A stretch of DNA of 64,000 nucleotides, taken from the NCBI RefSeq assembly GCF_006345805.1, contig NC_043022.1, positions 5,022,001 to 5,086,000 of the forward strand. The letters run 5' to 3'. Position 1 is the stretch's first letter. Each line of letters begins with the position of its first letter. The DNA is from Octopus sinensis. Lineage: Eukaryota. The notes below the pieces were generated by a model that was given only the letters and a program-made list of their open reading frames with translations, was not told the DNA's origin and ran no database searches. The translations under genes and the position numbers were made by a program. Shown here in pieces: positions 49,283 through 62,840 of the stretch.

Positions 49283-50185
49283 TATATATATATATATATA
49301 TATATATACTCACACCAATCTCACCTCCATACAGGCACATATATACACACGCAGCACCATGTCAAATGCCATCCACACTCATGTATGCGTGCACACGCAT
49401 GCACACGCACACACGCGCACGCACACACACACAACACCATGACAACCACACACACTTGACAAACAGACGCCATCTGACCAAATACTACAGACACACAGAC
49501 ACATCTATTCACACCACATGTATATGTATGCACGCACACATACACGCAGAGACACACATATTCACCTCATCCTAACCCCAAAATCATTGATGCTTGAAGG
49601 AGAGCCAAAAAAAGAAAAAAACGGGTACATCTTTTTCAATTCCACATTTCTGCTAAAACGGGCAGGTCAGTAAACAACCTCACCACTACATTAATGTAAA
49701 TCTTAATGTAAATTTTTTTGAATTCATAATATTCTGTACTGAACTTTTTTTGATAATTCCTCCTGGAAATTACCCTGAGATGTATAATATATTTGTTTTA
49801 ATCTTTTCTGCCCATTTTTTCAAATATTCTCATCATACTGTTGTACTTTTTTATGTCGTTAACATGTCCCTGTTACCAAAGACTGTATATATACATGTAA
49901 TGTGGCAATTTGCAGCAACCAATAATTAACGCAACCAAACTTCCATATGTTACTTTTGACAATCTTTTTCCAAAGAGTGAAACGGGTAAGTAAATAAACA
50001 TCGTTTAAATTGCATTTTCAAACCTTCTTTCGTATATATATAGTTGAAATTTACAGAAAAACAAAAGACAAAGACAGGTGTATAGACAACAAACAGGTGT
50101 ATTAGTTTAACTCTTGGGAAGGTGAGAAGTCTTTATGTTGAGCTACACTCTTCAACAGCTTATATATATACCTTGGATACATATA

Positions 50186-50244
<59 letters not shown>

Positions 50245-50339
50245 CACAGGTTAAATTTGCTAATTTGTTTATAAGGAAAGAAAAACACAATTTCCCATTT
50301 TGAAAATTAGATATTTTTAAAATATCAAAACCTATCAAA

Positions 50340-50960
50340 ATCTAGATTTTGGCAGAGAGATAACAGTTTACTTGAAGTAGTTGCCCTCAGCTTCCACCAT
50401 GACTTCAAGATGGCTTTGGAAACTGGCATGTGCATTCTTCACTGTGTCCCTGGGAAGATCTTTGAAGCATGTTCTTGATCTTGGCCACCAGTGTGGCCTT
50501 GGTGTTGCAAGTGGAGCAGTTGGTGCCTTCGTCAACCATTCATCCATGCCCCACACATAGCAATCCATGTTTGGAGAACTTATGAGGCCAGAAATTGGGG
50601 CTGGTGAAGTGGAAAGAAATTCTTTGGCAACCACTTTCGACTCTTTCTGAAGATATGGCAACAAGCCAATTCCTGCTGCCACACACATGGCCTTCCAACA
50701 GCAATCCTCTCCAGCCAGGCTTTGACCACAGTCTCCAGCAGCTTCACATAGCTATCTGAATTGAGCCTAAGGCCCTGTTCAAAGAGATGGGGTGGCATGA
50801 CATCACCCTTTCTGGAGACACCCTCGAGGACTATCACAGATTGGGAAAACTTGGTTGTTATGATACACGGGACACATCTTATGGCATTTCCAGGGTTCAC
50901 AGAACATTGAGCAGCAGTCATGGGGTCAGCATTTTGAAGATATATAATGGATATTTAGAA
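50340..50960 (-). pseudogene. maT-type (DD37D) transposase remnant
   Basis: GDVMPPHLFEQGLRLNSDSYVKLLETVVKAWLERIAVGRPCVWQQ. Confidence 0.75.
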
Positions 50961-51829
50961 AGTCAGTGGGTTTGTAGTTTGATGACTGCTTGGTATATAT
51001 CATCATCATCGTTTAACATCCGTTCTCCATGCTAGCATGGGTTGGACGGTTCGACCGGGGATCTGGGAAGCCAGAAGGCTGCACCAGGCTCCAGTCTTAT
51101 CTGGCAGTGTTTCTACAGCTGGATGCCCTTCGTAACGCCAACCACTCCGTGAGTGTAGTGGGTGCTTTTTACGTGCCACCTGCACAGGTGCCAGGCAAGG
51201 CTGGCAACGGCCACGGTCGGATTGGTGTATTTTATGTGCCACCGGCACGGAAGCCAGTCGAGGCGGCACTGGCATCGGCCACGATATATATATACATACA
51301 CACACACACACATGTGTATATGTATTTAAATGTATACATGAATGTATATGTGTGTATGTGTGTGCGTGCATATATAACATGCATTTGGAAGGCGAAGAGA
51401 GAGCAATATATCATCATCACCATCACCACCACCACCACCACCACCACCATTTAACGTCTGTTTTCATTAAATGATGATGATGATGATGATGATGAATGAT
51501 GATGGTGATGAAGATGGTGGTGGTGGTGGTGATATATATTACACTCTCTTCATCCATGCTATATATATATATATGCACACATACCCAAGCATGTGTATAC
51601 ATACATACGCATATATATATACATATATATGCACACACACACACACACACCCAACCCACCCACCCTCTTGTGCCTATTATTTTGCTTTTGTTTTTGTTGT
51701 TGCATCTATTAATAAACAATCACACTTCTTGCTGAATCGATATGATTGCAATATTCACATATAAATACCTGTATCGATAAACTATCTCATTAGGCTCGCT
51801 GATTAATTACAATATCATCGCCATCGTCA

Positions 51830-52530
51830 TCATCGTCATAGTCGTCATCATCACCATCACTATCACCATCGCCATCATCCTCCTCCTTCTCACCACCACC
51901 AAAGCTATTACCCCCCACCCACAACTCATAGCATTGCCATCGACATTGACATCAGCACCATCATCATCATCATCGTCATCATCGTCAGAACAATCATGAT
52001 AACCATCACCTTTGCATCACCACCACCACCACACCACCACCACCACCCCATCGTCGCCATCATCATCATCCTCACAACAGTGCTAACCATTACCTCACTC
52101 ACCACCATCACCACCACCACCACCACCACCACCACCATCATCACCATCAACATCACTGTCATGATGATGACCACCACCACCACAACCACCACCACCCCCG
52201 CCACCCTTACCACCACCACCACCGTCGCTATCATCATCATCATCATCAACATCACTGTCATGATGATGACCACCACCACCACAACCACCACCACCATCAT
52301 CACATCAACATCACTGTCATGATGACCACCCCACCACAACCACCCACCGAACCCTTACCACCACCACCACCGTCGCTATCATCATCATCATCATCAACAT
52401 CACTGTCATGATGATGACCACCACCACCACCCTTACCACCACCACCACCCTTACCACCACCACCACCCTTACCACCACCACCGCCACCCCCACCGTCGCT
52501 ATCATCATCATCATCATCATCAACATCATT
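51830..52530. repeat. (CAC)n/(CAT)n compound microsatellite with higher-order repeats
   Basis: The block CATCAACATCACTGTCATGATGA recurs four times. Confidence 0.9.
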
Positions 52531-53995
52531 AATTTTGTCTTTGATTCAATCACATTTCAGAAATCTTTATTCTTGTTCTCTTTTTGTCATTTTTTAATCA
52601 GATTCACAAAAAAACATTCACATTTGTATTTTCTACTTTCTCTTCAATTATTTATCATAACCTCCATCGTTCTTATTGTTGTTGTTGATAAAACTGTGAT
52701 TAATTAATAAATCGTTTGTTACTTTAATTTGTGATGTTGTTTATTTTGTTGCTAATTGTTTCTGCAAATCATAATTCCCAGATAATCATTATTTCCATAA
52801 AACTTCAGAAATTAAAGATAGATAAAAATGTATTTTGATGAGGAGTTCATTTGCTGAGAGAAGTGAAAAATCTCTAATGCTGCGGACACTTGTCATCTTA
52901 CAGATATGTGTGTGTGTGTGTGTGTGGTGTGTGTGGTGTGTGTGTGTATATATATGTATGTATGTGTGTGTTTGTGTATACATGCATGTGTGTGTGTGTG
53001 TGTGCACGTGGATGTGTGTGTGTGTGTTTGTGTATATATGTATGTATATGTATGTGTGTTTGTGCATATATGTATGTATATGTGTGTGTGTTTGTGTATA
53101 TATGCATGTGCACGTGGATGTGTGTGTGTGTGTTTGTGTATATATGTATGTATGTGTGTGTTTGTGTATATATGTATGTGTGTGTATGTGTGTGTGTGTA
53201 TCATCATCATCATCATCGTTTAGCATCCGCTTTCCATGCTAGCATGGGTTGGACGGTTCAACTAGGGTCTGGGAACCAGAAGGCTGCACCAGGCCCCAGT
53301 CTGATTTGGCAATGTTTCTGCAGCTGGATGCCCTTCCTAACGCCAACCACTCCGAGAGTGTAGTGGGTGCGTTTTACGTGCCACCAGTACAGGTGCCAGA
53401 CGAGGCTGGCAAATGGCCACGATCAGATGGTGCTTTTTACGTGCCACCGGCACAGAGGCCAGTTGGAGCAGCGCTAGGTATATATTCTTTTATACTTTTA
53501 CTTGCGGCCATGTTGGAGCACCATCCTTAGTCGAACAAATTGACCCCAGGACTTATTCTTCATAAGCCTTGTACTTATTCTATTGGTCTCTTTTGCTGAA
53601 CTGCTAAGTGACCGAGACCTTTGGTGATATGCCATGCTTGAGAAGACCCATCAAGCCAAGCGAAACTGTAGTCATGGCTGACACCAGTGTCATGTAACAG
53701 GCACCTGTGCCTGTGTCAGGTAAAAAGCCCCCCTTTGAACATGGGGCCTCGTCGAGGTGATAAGTGACTTAAGTCTTTGGTGATATGTTGGGCTCGAGAA
53801 GACTCGTCAAGCCAAGTGAAATCATACTTGAGGTCGATGCTGGTGTTGCATATCACTCTATTACACTCTTGGAGTGGTTGGTGTTAGGAAGGGCATCCAG
53901 CCATAGAAACCATGCCAAAACAAATTGGAACCATCTTATGGTGTGTGACTTTTGGACACCCTGTACACACACACACACACACATATATAATATAT

Positions 53996-54028
<33 letters not shown>

Positions 54029-54107
54029 TAATAATAAATATTAGGAAATAAATCAAAACTTACAGGGAAAAATCAGATTTAGGATTGAATCCAATTTTAT
54101 AGTAAAA

Positions 54108-54510
54108 TATTATATTATATCAAATTAGAGACAAAACCACTATTAGGCAAATCAAACAATGAAAAACTTAAGCCAATACATAAGATTATTTAATTTATAT
54201 TATTTAAATATATAACAAAATTATTAAAAGAATATAATTAATATCACACTATGATCGTTTCATGGCTGCTAACTTCTTCAAATTTTCGAGTCATAGTCAT
54301 ACATCAGGTGTTTTAAATATTTATCTTGGCGAGCGCCAAGAAGTTAGCAGCCATGAAATGATTGTAGTGTGATATTAATTATATTCTTTTAATAATTTTG
54401 TTATATATTTAAATAATATAAATTAAATAATCTCATGTATTGGCTTAAGTTTTTCATTGTTTGATTTGCCTAATAGTGGTTTTGTCTCTAATTTAATATA
54501 ATATAATATA
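54108..54510. repeat. ~400 bp inverted-repeat hairpin with degenerate HHR-like remnants
   Basis: Arms match over ~170 bp. The arm consensus is GAAAC GATC GTA GTGTG. Confidence 0.85.
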
Positions 54511-54689
54511 TATATATATTACAAAGTAAGATAAGGGTTATGGGTGTAACCCACTATGGGATATCATTTATCCAATATACTGTTGGTATATATATATATA
54601 CATACATACATACATACAAGATGCAGTGAATATACTGTTGTCTAAATTCTACAAAAATGAAAATAACACTGACATCTCATTTTAACAGA

Positions 54690-55480
54690 TAAATTTACCA
54701 AAATTATATTAAAATATCTTGAAATACTAAAGAGTAAATTTATTCAATAAAATCGCCGTTGGTTTCAACCACGGCCTCCAGACGACTTTGGAATCTCCTG
54801 CAACTCTTTTGGACAATCTCCTTGTTTAAGTTGGGGAATGCTAACATAATCTTTGCCTTCAGTTCATCTTTGATGTAACAAGGAGTTTTGTTGGTCTCTT
54901 GCTCAACTGTGCCCCACACATAATAATCAAGGGGGTTGCATTCTGCGGAGTTAGGTGGCCAAATGTTAGGGGTGATGTGGTTGCAGAAATTATCTGACAG
55001 CCATGACTGGGTCCTCTTGATTGTGTGACATGGTGCAGAGTCCTATTGCCAGACATAGGGTGTTCCAGCAGCTACCCTCTTGACCCAGGGCAGCACTACC
55101 TCCTCCAGGCACTTGATGTAGGCCTCTGTGTTGAGTCTGAGGCTGTGTGGGTTGATGAATGGAAGCATAATATCGCCATCTCTAATGATCACACTAAACA
55201 CCATGATATTGACTGGTTGTTTGATTTTTATCATTCTTGATACTTGTTTTGAGGACATGGCAAGCCAATGATTATTCTGTGTGTTCACCATCTCTTCCTA
55301 ATGGAGCAAATGCCAAGCAGTACATCATGTGGTTTCCAAATTTCTGGCAGAGTGAAATGCTGTTTTCCTCACAGATGGTGCCCAACTGACTCTGCTATAC
55401 TTGACAAAATTTAAACCGAACAATGCACATGCATGAAATTAAAAATATAAAATGGTGACAATTTACCCATCACACCCTGT
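54690..55480 (-). pseudogene. maT (DD37D) transposase remnant
   Basis: WQ*DSAPCHT...WPPNSAECNPLDYYVWG with 37 residues between the second and third Asp. The end reads TACACAGGGTGTG. Confidence 0.85.
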
Positions 55481-55613
55481 GTATGTATGTATGTATGTAT
55501 GTATGTATGTATGTATGTATGTATGTATGTATGTATGTATGTATGTATGTAGTATGTATGTATGCATTCAAGCATGCATGCATGCATGTATGTATGTATG
55601 TGTGCATGTGTGT

Positions 55614-55679
<66 letters not shown>

Positions 55680-56324
55680 TATAGATATAATTACGATTAA
55701 GGGTACTGAAAAAATCACCTACATACTAGAAATAGATGTCAAAAGACCCTAAAAAGCCCACTTCAAATTACACTCCATTAGCACAAGGCTGAAAGAGGGT
55801 AAATGAGAGAAATGGATTTAGTAAAATTTTGAGGTTACATAACTCTATGACCAGAATTTAACTTTTTGTTTTAATACTTACTGCTCTATTCTTTAGAATG
55901 TGCTTCTTTTCTGACATATATTTTATTGACAATATATATATATATATATATATCATCATCATCATCATCATCATCGTTTAACGTCCGTTCTCCATGCTAG
56001 CATGGGTTGGACGGTTCGACCGGGGATCTGGGAAGCCAGAAGGCTGCACCAGGCTCCAGTCTTATCTGGCAAAGTTTCTACGGCTGGATGCCCTTCCTAA
56101 CGCCAACCACTCCGTGAGTGTAGTGGGTGCTTTTTATGTGCCACCTGCACAGGTGTCAGGCGAGGCTGGCAACGGCCACAGTCGGATTGGTGTATTTTAT
56201 GTGCCATCGGCACGGAAGCCAGTCAAGGCGGCGCTGGCATCGGCCACGAGTCGGATAGTGCTTTTTACGTACCACCAGACTAGGGATCCTGGCTGGTTCA
56301 ATATATATATATATATGTATGTAT

Positions 56325-56881
56325 ATAAAGGTGGGTCAAAAATCAGTGCCCCAACTTTACATGTCCCAATCATATCTTTTTTTTTTGTGTCTATTAGTTT
56401 TGTAGTTTCTTGATGGATGCTGTTATTATTTTATATGTCATCGATTATTTTCTTATTTTCTTCATATGTTGTTGTAAATAGTCTGTCTCTTTAATTATGA
56501 GCTTTTTTAATTTCAGTTACCATACCAACATGAGCCTTTTTACAAATAGCAGATTTATGCAGTTTCCAAGAAAGTGTTCCAAGACACTATGAATAGAAAT
56601 ATGGAGCACCAGTTCCTGATCATAAGACTCTGTGGGCAGATGGCACGAGGAACTAATGACAACTGGAAATCTCTTCTGCAATCGATCAGGACAAGGAAGA
56701 CCTTGTTACAGCAACAGGTGATGAAAATTTTGAAAAGGTGATGCTAAATAATTAATGGAAAACGGAGGGAACCATGCTCATCAAGGCATAGATCATTAGA
56801 GTCCCAAGTATCCAGATCATCAGTATGACTTATCATTTCAAAAACTGAAGTTGGGGCACTAATTTTGGTCCACCCTGTATA
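56325..56881 (+). mobile_element. Internally deleted Tc1/mariner element
   Basis: TIRs GGTGGGTCAAAAATCAGTGCCCCAACTT and GTTGGGGCACTAATTTTGGTCCACCCTGTA, with an HTH-like remnant inside. Confidence 0.65.
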
Positions 56882-56994
56882 TATGTACGTAGGTATGTAT
56901 GTCTATATTATGGTTATTCAAAGCTAATTGTTAGAAAGAAATGTTTTTAAAAATAATAATAAGAAGAAGAAGCAGTAGAAAAGGAAGTAAGAAA

Positions 56995-57290
56995 GGGATG
57001 TCAGAAATATCTAGATAATATCCCAGGAGAACCATGTCTCAGAGAAATTCAGAAGATTGTGCTGACAAGTATTGCCCACATCCTTAGAAAAACCCTATCA
57101 ATTTTAATATCTGTGTTGTATTACATGAAGATATTTTGCTGCTGACCTTGCCACTTCTTCTCTCCAACATTTCAGTCATACTGTAACATTTCTTATCCTT
57201 CACTTGCCCTAGGATGCTGGGTGTATCTCGGCAAGTGATTGTAACAGGCATGCAGATTAATAATAATAATAATAACAATATTAATATTAT
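56995..57290 (+). mobile_element. R4/Dong-like LINE 3' end
   Basis: QKYLDNIPGEPCLREIQKIVLTSIAHILRKTLSI, then 3' UTR and (AAT)n. Confidence 0.7.
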
Positions 57291-57294
57291 TATT

Positions 57295-57782
57295 CAGTAG
57301 TTTTATTTTTATAGTGTGCTTTCACTTCACTACCGAGCGCAGCTCTGTGTGCCTTGGGTATGTGCTGTGATTTGTTGTGATGATTTGATGGTTACTGTAT
57401 TGAAAGTGTTCTGCGTAGGATGTGTGCAGTGCCTAGTAGTGCAATTTTCTGTATGTTATATGTGTTTGTAAGTCCTGGTGTTTTTATTATGTATTTGTCT
57501 GAATATTTTTTTATCATGCCAAATGCACCTACTATGGTAGGAATTGTTTCTGTTTTTAGATTCCACATACTGGTTACCTCTATTTCCAGGTCTTTGTATT
57601 TTGAAAGTTTCTCCATTTCTTTTAGAGACACGTTGTCATCTGCTGGTATTGATACATCAATTAGAAAGCATTTTTTTTCTTCATGATCTCTGACAACTAT
57701 ATCTGGTCTGTTGGCCTTAATTTCTCTATCTGTGTGTATTGGCATATCCCAGAGTATGGTTGCTTTCTCGTTTTCTGTGACC

Positions 57783-57783
<1 letters not shown>
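57295..57783 (-). mobile_element. R4/Dong-like LINE fragment, restriction-like endonuclease domain
   Basis: ILWDMPIHTDREIKANRPDIVV...FLIDVSIP...KLSKYKDL...QKIALLGTAHILRRTLS (PD-(D/E)xK type). The 5' end is fused to (AAT)n. Confidence 0.85.
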
Positions 57784-57870
<87 letters not shown>

Positions 57871-57871
<1 letters not shown>

Positions 57872-58275
57872 TCTGATGCAGTACCAGGCAGTGGCTCTCA
57901 TGGCTTCTCATCTTAACTGATTGGAAGTGTTAGCATATACATTGTTTTATCTTAGTATAAAAGATGGGCTACAGCAATTATTCTGCTCAATGCCACAGAT
58001 TTGCTTGTCAGTTGTTTGGCCTTAACCAGTTGAGCATGTCCCTTAATGGCTGACAATATGTGCATCTCTGATCACGAGCAGAAGTAGTGGGGGAGCATCA
58101 TAGCCATGTGTTGAGAGGAACTCTTTGGGGTTTGGATAATTCACCTCTGGAAACTTGGGTGTATACCCATATGGTTGTGATGCATGTGCCTGGTGTACCC
58201 TTATCTGACGAGTACACTGGGCTTCGTATATTTTACCCCAGTGTCACTTTGATGGCATGCACTGCTCTCTCACTC
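57871..58275. mobile_element. Unclassified (AAT)n-associated repeat, second copy
   Basis: Homologous to 24596-25032, with an internal deletion. Confidence 0.7.
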
Positions 58276-58310
<35 letters not shown>

Positions 58311-58369
58311 TAATAATAATCCTTTCTGCTATAGGCACAAGGCCTGAAATCTGGGGACAGGAGTAAATT

Positions 58370-58990
58370 GGTTACATCAACCCCAGTACTCAACTGGTAC
58401 TTAATTTATCGACCCTGAAAGGATGAAAGCAAAGTTGACCTCAGCAGAATTTGAACTCAGAATGTAAGGATGGATGAAATACCTATTTCTTTACTACCCA
58501 CAAGCGGCTAAACACAGAGGGGACAAACAAGGACAGACACATGGGTTAAGTCGATTACATCAACCCCCAGTGCGTAACTGGTACTGATTTAATCGACCCC
58601 GAAAGGATGAAAGGCAAAGTCGACCTCAGCGGAATTTGAACTCAGAACGTAACTGCAGACGAAATACCACTAAGAATTTCGCCCGGCATGCTAACGTTTC
58701 TGCCAGCTTGCCACCTTACGAAATGGATGAAATATCACTGAAACATTTTGCCTGGTTTACTAAAGGTTCTGGGCAAAATATTTCAGTGGCATTAATAACA
58801 ATGGTTTCAAATTTTGGCTCAAGGACAGTAATTTTGGTTGAGAGGGAAAATTGATTACATCGCCTGGTACTTGTTTTATTGACCCTGAAAGGATGAAAGG
58901 CAAAGTCAACCTCAGTGGAATTTGAACTCACAACTGAAAGACAGATGAAGTACCAGTATTTTATCTGGCATGCTAATGACTCTACCAACT
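58370..58990 (-). mobile_element. Nested/tandem SINE family D copies
   Basis: Insert 58484-58722 is flanked by ATGGATGAAATACC and ATGGATGAAATATC. Confidence 0.8.
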
Positions 58991-59570
58991 CGCTAGCCTA
59001 ATAATAGAAATAGTAATAATGATAATAATGATAACAACAACAACAACGATAATAACAATGATTGAAATAATTAAGAAAAGCATCAATATCTCTTAATTAC
59101 TGCTATCTCTAGAGATTCTGATTAGTAAAAAAAAATATTTAATTGATACAAGATCGAATAAGATATTTATTTATTTTTTTTAAAGAAACCTTGTTCCTAG
59201 CTGTCTGTTATCACTCCTGCCCCCTACCCCGCAACCCCCTTCCTGTTCCCGCCACACCTTCGATACCCAACCACCCACACCCCTACCCCACCCCCACCAC
59301 CACCATTGCTAACGGTTTTTCTTTCGTCTGTATTCTCGTTAATTTTTATTGTTTGTGCCAATATTGTCTTCTTTATTTTTGAAAAATATTGTTTAATGTT
59401 ATCGAAATTGAATTTAATATCTCGCAACACGTTCCGCATATTAAAGAAGTTTGTGTTTCGACGCGGAAGAACGGAAGAACCAACCCCCACTTAAGATCTC
59501 GCTGTTTTTTTTTTTATTAATTTTGTTGACACGTATTCCCCCAACCCCACCACCACCACCATTCACATAC

Positions 59571-59635
59571 CTTCTCGGCTTTCTCTCCTTCGGTGGCCAC
59601 CACAAAGACAGCAACTGCTTGTGTTAAGTTGATAC
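59571..59635 (-). CDS. Weak candidate exon (INLTQAVAVFVVATEGEKAEK)
   Basis: Strong donor AAG|GTATGT, but a weak AAG acceptor with no polypyrimidine tract. Confidence 0.15.
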
Positions 59636-59677
59636 CTTGCAGTTATAGTTGTCATCGTTGTTGTTGTCATAGTTAGT

Positions 59678-59715
<38 letters not shown>

Positions 59716-60394
59716 TAGTAAGAGCCATAATAGGAGTAGCAGTTGTAGGAGCAGCAGCAGCAGACGGAACAAGAATGGTGGTAGTCATACTAGCAGCAGC
59801 AGTAGTAGTTGTTGTAGTAGTAGTAGTGGTAGTAGTAGTTGTAGTAGTTGTTGTAGTAGTAGTGGTTGTAGTAGTAGTAGTAGTGGTAGTAGTAGTAGTA
59901 GTAGTAATAGTAGTAGTAGTGGTACTAGTAGTGGTAGTAGTTGTAGTTGTAGTAGTAGTGGTAGTAGTAGTTAGTACATGTTGTGTTTGAAGTTGTCATT
60001 GATGTAAAGATAGAGGTAAAACTGGAGATTGATTCTGTTTCACAAAAATGCTTCAATATCAAATGTATTTGATTTTCTGCCTGTTGGTCTGCCTGCCTGC
60101 CTGTCTGTTTGGTTGTATATATTTATAAGTATGATGTGTGCGCGTGTGCATGTGTGTTTATACAAAGGGATCCTGAAAAGTTCCTGGTTTTAAGAGGATC
60201 ACAAAAAGCCTGGTTGGAGGCCCAACCTTCTGAGTTCTTTTACAGGGCTTAGAAAAACTGAAGGACCGCTGCAATAAGTGTGTGAATCTGAGAGGACAAT
60301 ATGCTGAATAAAATCATAATTAACTGGTCCTCATCCTGTATTTTCTTTTATCCAGAGCCAGGAACTTTTCAGCACATCCTTATTATTTATTATG

Positions 60395-60775
60395 TGGAGG
60401 TGCAATGGCCCAGTGGTTAGGGCAGCGGACTTGCGGTCATAGGATCGCGGTTTCAATTCCCAGACTGGGCATTGTGAGTGTTTATTGAGCGAAAACACCT
60501 AAAGCTCCACAAGGCTCCAGCAGGGATGGTGGTGATCCCTGCTGTACTCTTTCACCACAACTTTCTCTCACTCTTACTTCCTGTTTCTGTTGCACCTGTA
60601 TTTCAAAGGGCCGGCCTTGTCACTCTCTGTGTCACGCTTAATATCCCCGAGAACTACGTTAAGGGTACACGTGTCTGTGGAGTGCTCAGCCACTTACACG
60701 TTAATTTCATGAGCAGGCTGTTCCGTTGATCGGATCAACCGGAACCCTCGTCGTCGTAACCGACGGAGTGCTTCC
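60395..60775 (+). mobile_element. tRNA-derived SINE family C
   Basis: Near-identical to the reverse complement of 18365-18752. Confidence 0.9.
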
Positions 60776-61292
60776 ATTATATATTATAAGGCAGTGAGCT
60801 CCTGAGTCCTTTTTACAGGACTTTGAAAAACTGAAAGACTGCTATAATATGTGTGTGAATGTGAGAGGGGAATATGTTTAATAAAATCATAATAAACTGA
60901 TCCTCTTGTATTTTCTTTTACCCAAAGCCAATAACTTTTCAGCACACCCTTATTATATATTATAAGGCAGTGAGCTGGCAGAAATGATAGCACGCTGGGC
61001 AAAATACTTAGCGGTATTCGTCTGTCTTTACATTCTGAGTTCAAATTCTGCTGAGGTTGACTTTACCTATCATACTTTTGGGGTTGATAAATTAAGTACC
61101 AGTGAAGTACTGGGGTCGATATGATCAACTGGCTCCTTTCCAAAAATTTTGGGTCTTGTGCCTAGAGTAGAAAAGATACATACATACACATATATATATA
61201 TTTACACATACACACATACATATATAGATAGATAAATATATAGTACAATATATATATATATGTATATGTACATTACAATGTATATCTATATA

Positions 61293-61376
<84 letters not shown>

Positions 61377-62244
61377 CTATCTATCTATCTATATACATAT
61401 AAATCTATCTATCTATCTATCTATCTACAATAATATAAATAATATATAAATATATGCATATATACATACATATATGTAAATACCTACAGATACATGCATA
61501 TATAGGTACAGGACATCAAAAAAACGTTGAACACAATGAGAAACGAAAACATAAAAAACAAAAACATAGAAACAAACTTTTTTTCAAACAACGAAAAAAA
61601 CAGAGAAATGAGACACAGTATAAAGAATATTCCCCTTCATCTACTCCGTGTTTCGAATGTAAGGACAAGACGCGACTTCGTTGAAACAGTCCTTCCCGCA
61701 AAGCAAATTAAATAAAATTTGGGATTCTTTGCGGAGGGTGAAAGTGGTAACGAGAACAGGACAGTGAGAACAAAGCAGTAAAAACAATAAAAGAGTAAAA
61801 ACAGTAAAAGACAGAACAATGAGAACAAAACAGTAAAAACAAACGAGAACGGGTGTTAAGCCAAGATGATGGGAAAATTTTTCAAGGAGACGAGCTTATG
61901 AAGAGACAGGATAAGCCTGTTTAGTCTTTGTGAAGGTAGTAGTCGGAAAGATGGATTCCTCTCATCACGTGTCAGTGACGAGAGAGTCGAGGAGAAGGAG
62001 TGAGAGAGAGAGGGAACGGTGAAGGGGAGAGGAGAAGAATAGGGAAGGGTGAGAGAGAAAACCAGAAAGGTTGAAGAACAAGAGAGGGAGAGAGATAAAC
62101 AGAGAAGAGATAGTAAAGAAGAAGAGTCCACATCGTAATTATTAAGATAAAACTTAATTATTAAGATCGTAATTATTAAGATAAAAAGGATGCATGGCGA
62201 TCGATCATGTAATAATATAAATAATATATAATATATGCAAATAT

Positions 62245-62640
62245 ATAAGCGCAGGAGTGGCTGTGTGGTAAGTAGCTTGTTTACCAACCACATGGTTCCG
62301 GGTTCAGTCCCACTGCGTGGCACCTTGGGCAAGTGTCTTCTACTATAGCCTCGGGCCGACCAAACCCTCGTGAGTGGATTTGGTAGACGGAAACTGAAAG
62401 AAGCCCATCGTATATATGTATATATATGTATGTGTCTGTGTTTGTCCCCCTAGCATTGCTTGACAACCGATACTGGTGTGTTTATGTCCCCGTCACTTAG
62501 CGGTTTGGCAAAAAGACACCGACAGAATAAGTACTGGGCTTACAAAAAGAATAAGTCCCGGGGTCGAGTTGCTTGACTAAAGGCGTTGCTCCAGCATGGC
62601 CGCAGTCAAATGACTGAAACAAGTAAAAGAATAAAAGAAT
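62245..62640 (+). mobile_element. SINE family A, full-length young copy
   Basis: Complete head, body and tail. Confidence 0.9.
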
Positions 62641-62840
62641 ACCTACATATATATGTATATATACATGCATATATGGGTACAGGACATAAAAATAACGTTG
62701 ATCACAATGAGAAATGAAAACATAAAGACAAAAACAGACAAACGAACTTGTGAATCAATTTGGTAGATGGAAACTGAAAGAAGCCCATCAGACATACATA
62801 CATACATACATACAAATATATGTGTGTGTGTGTATTTCGG

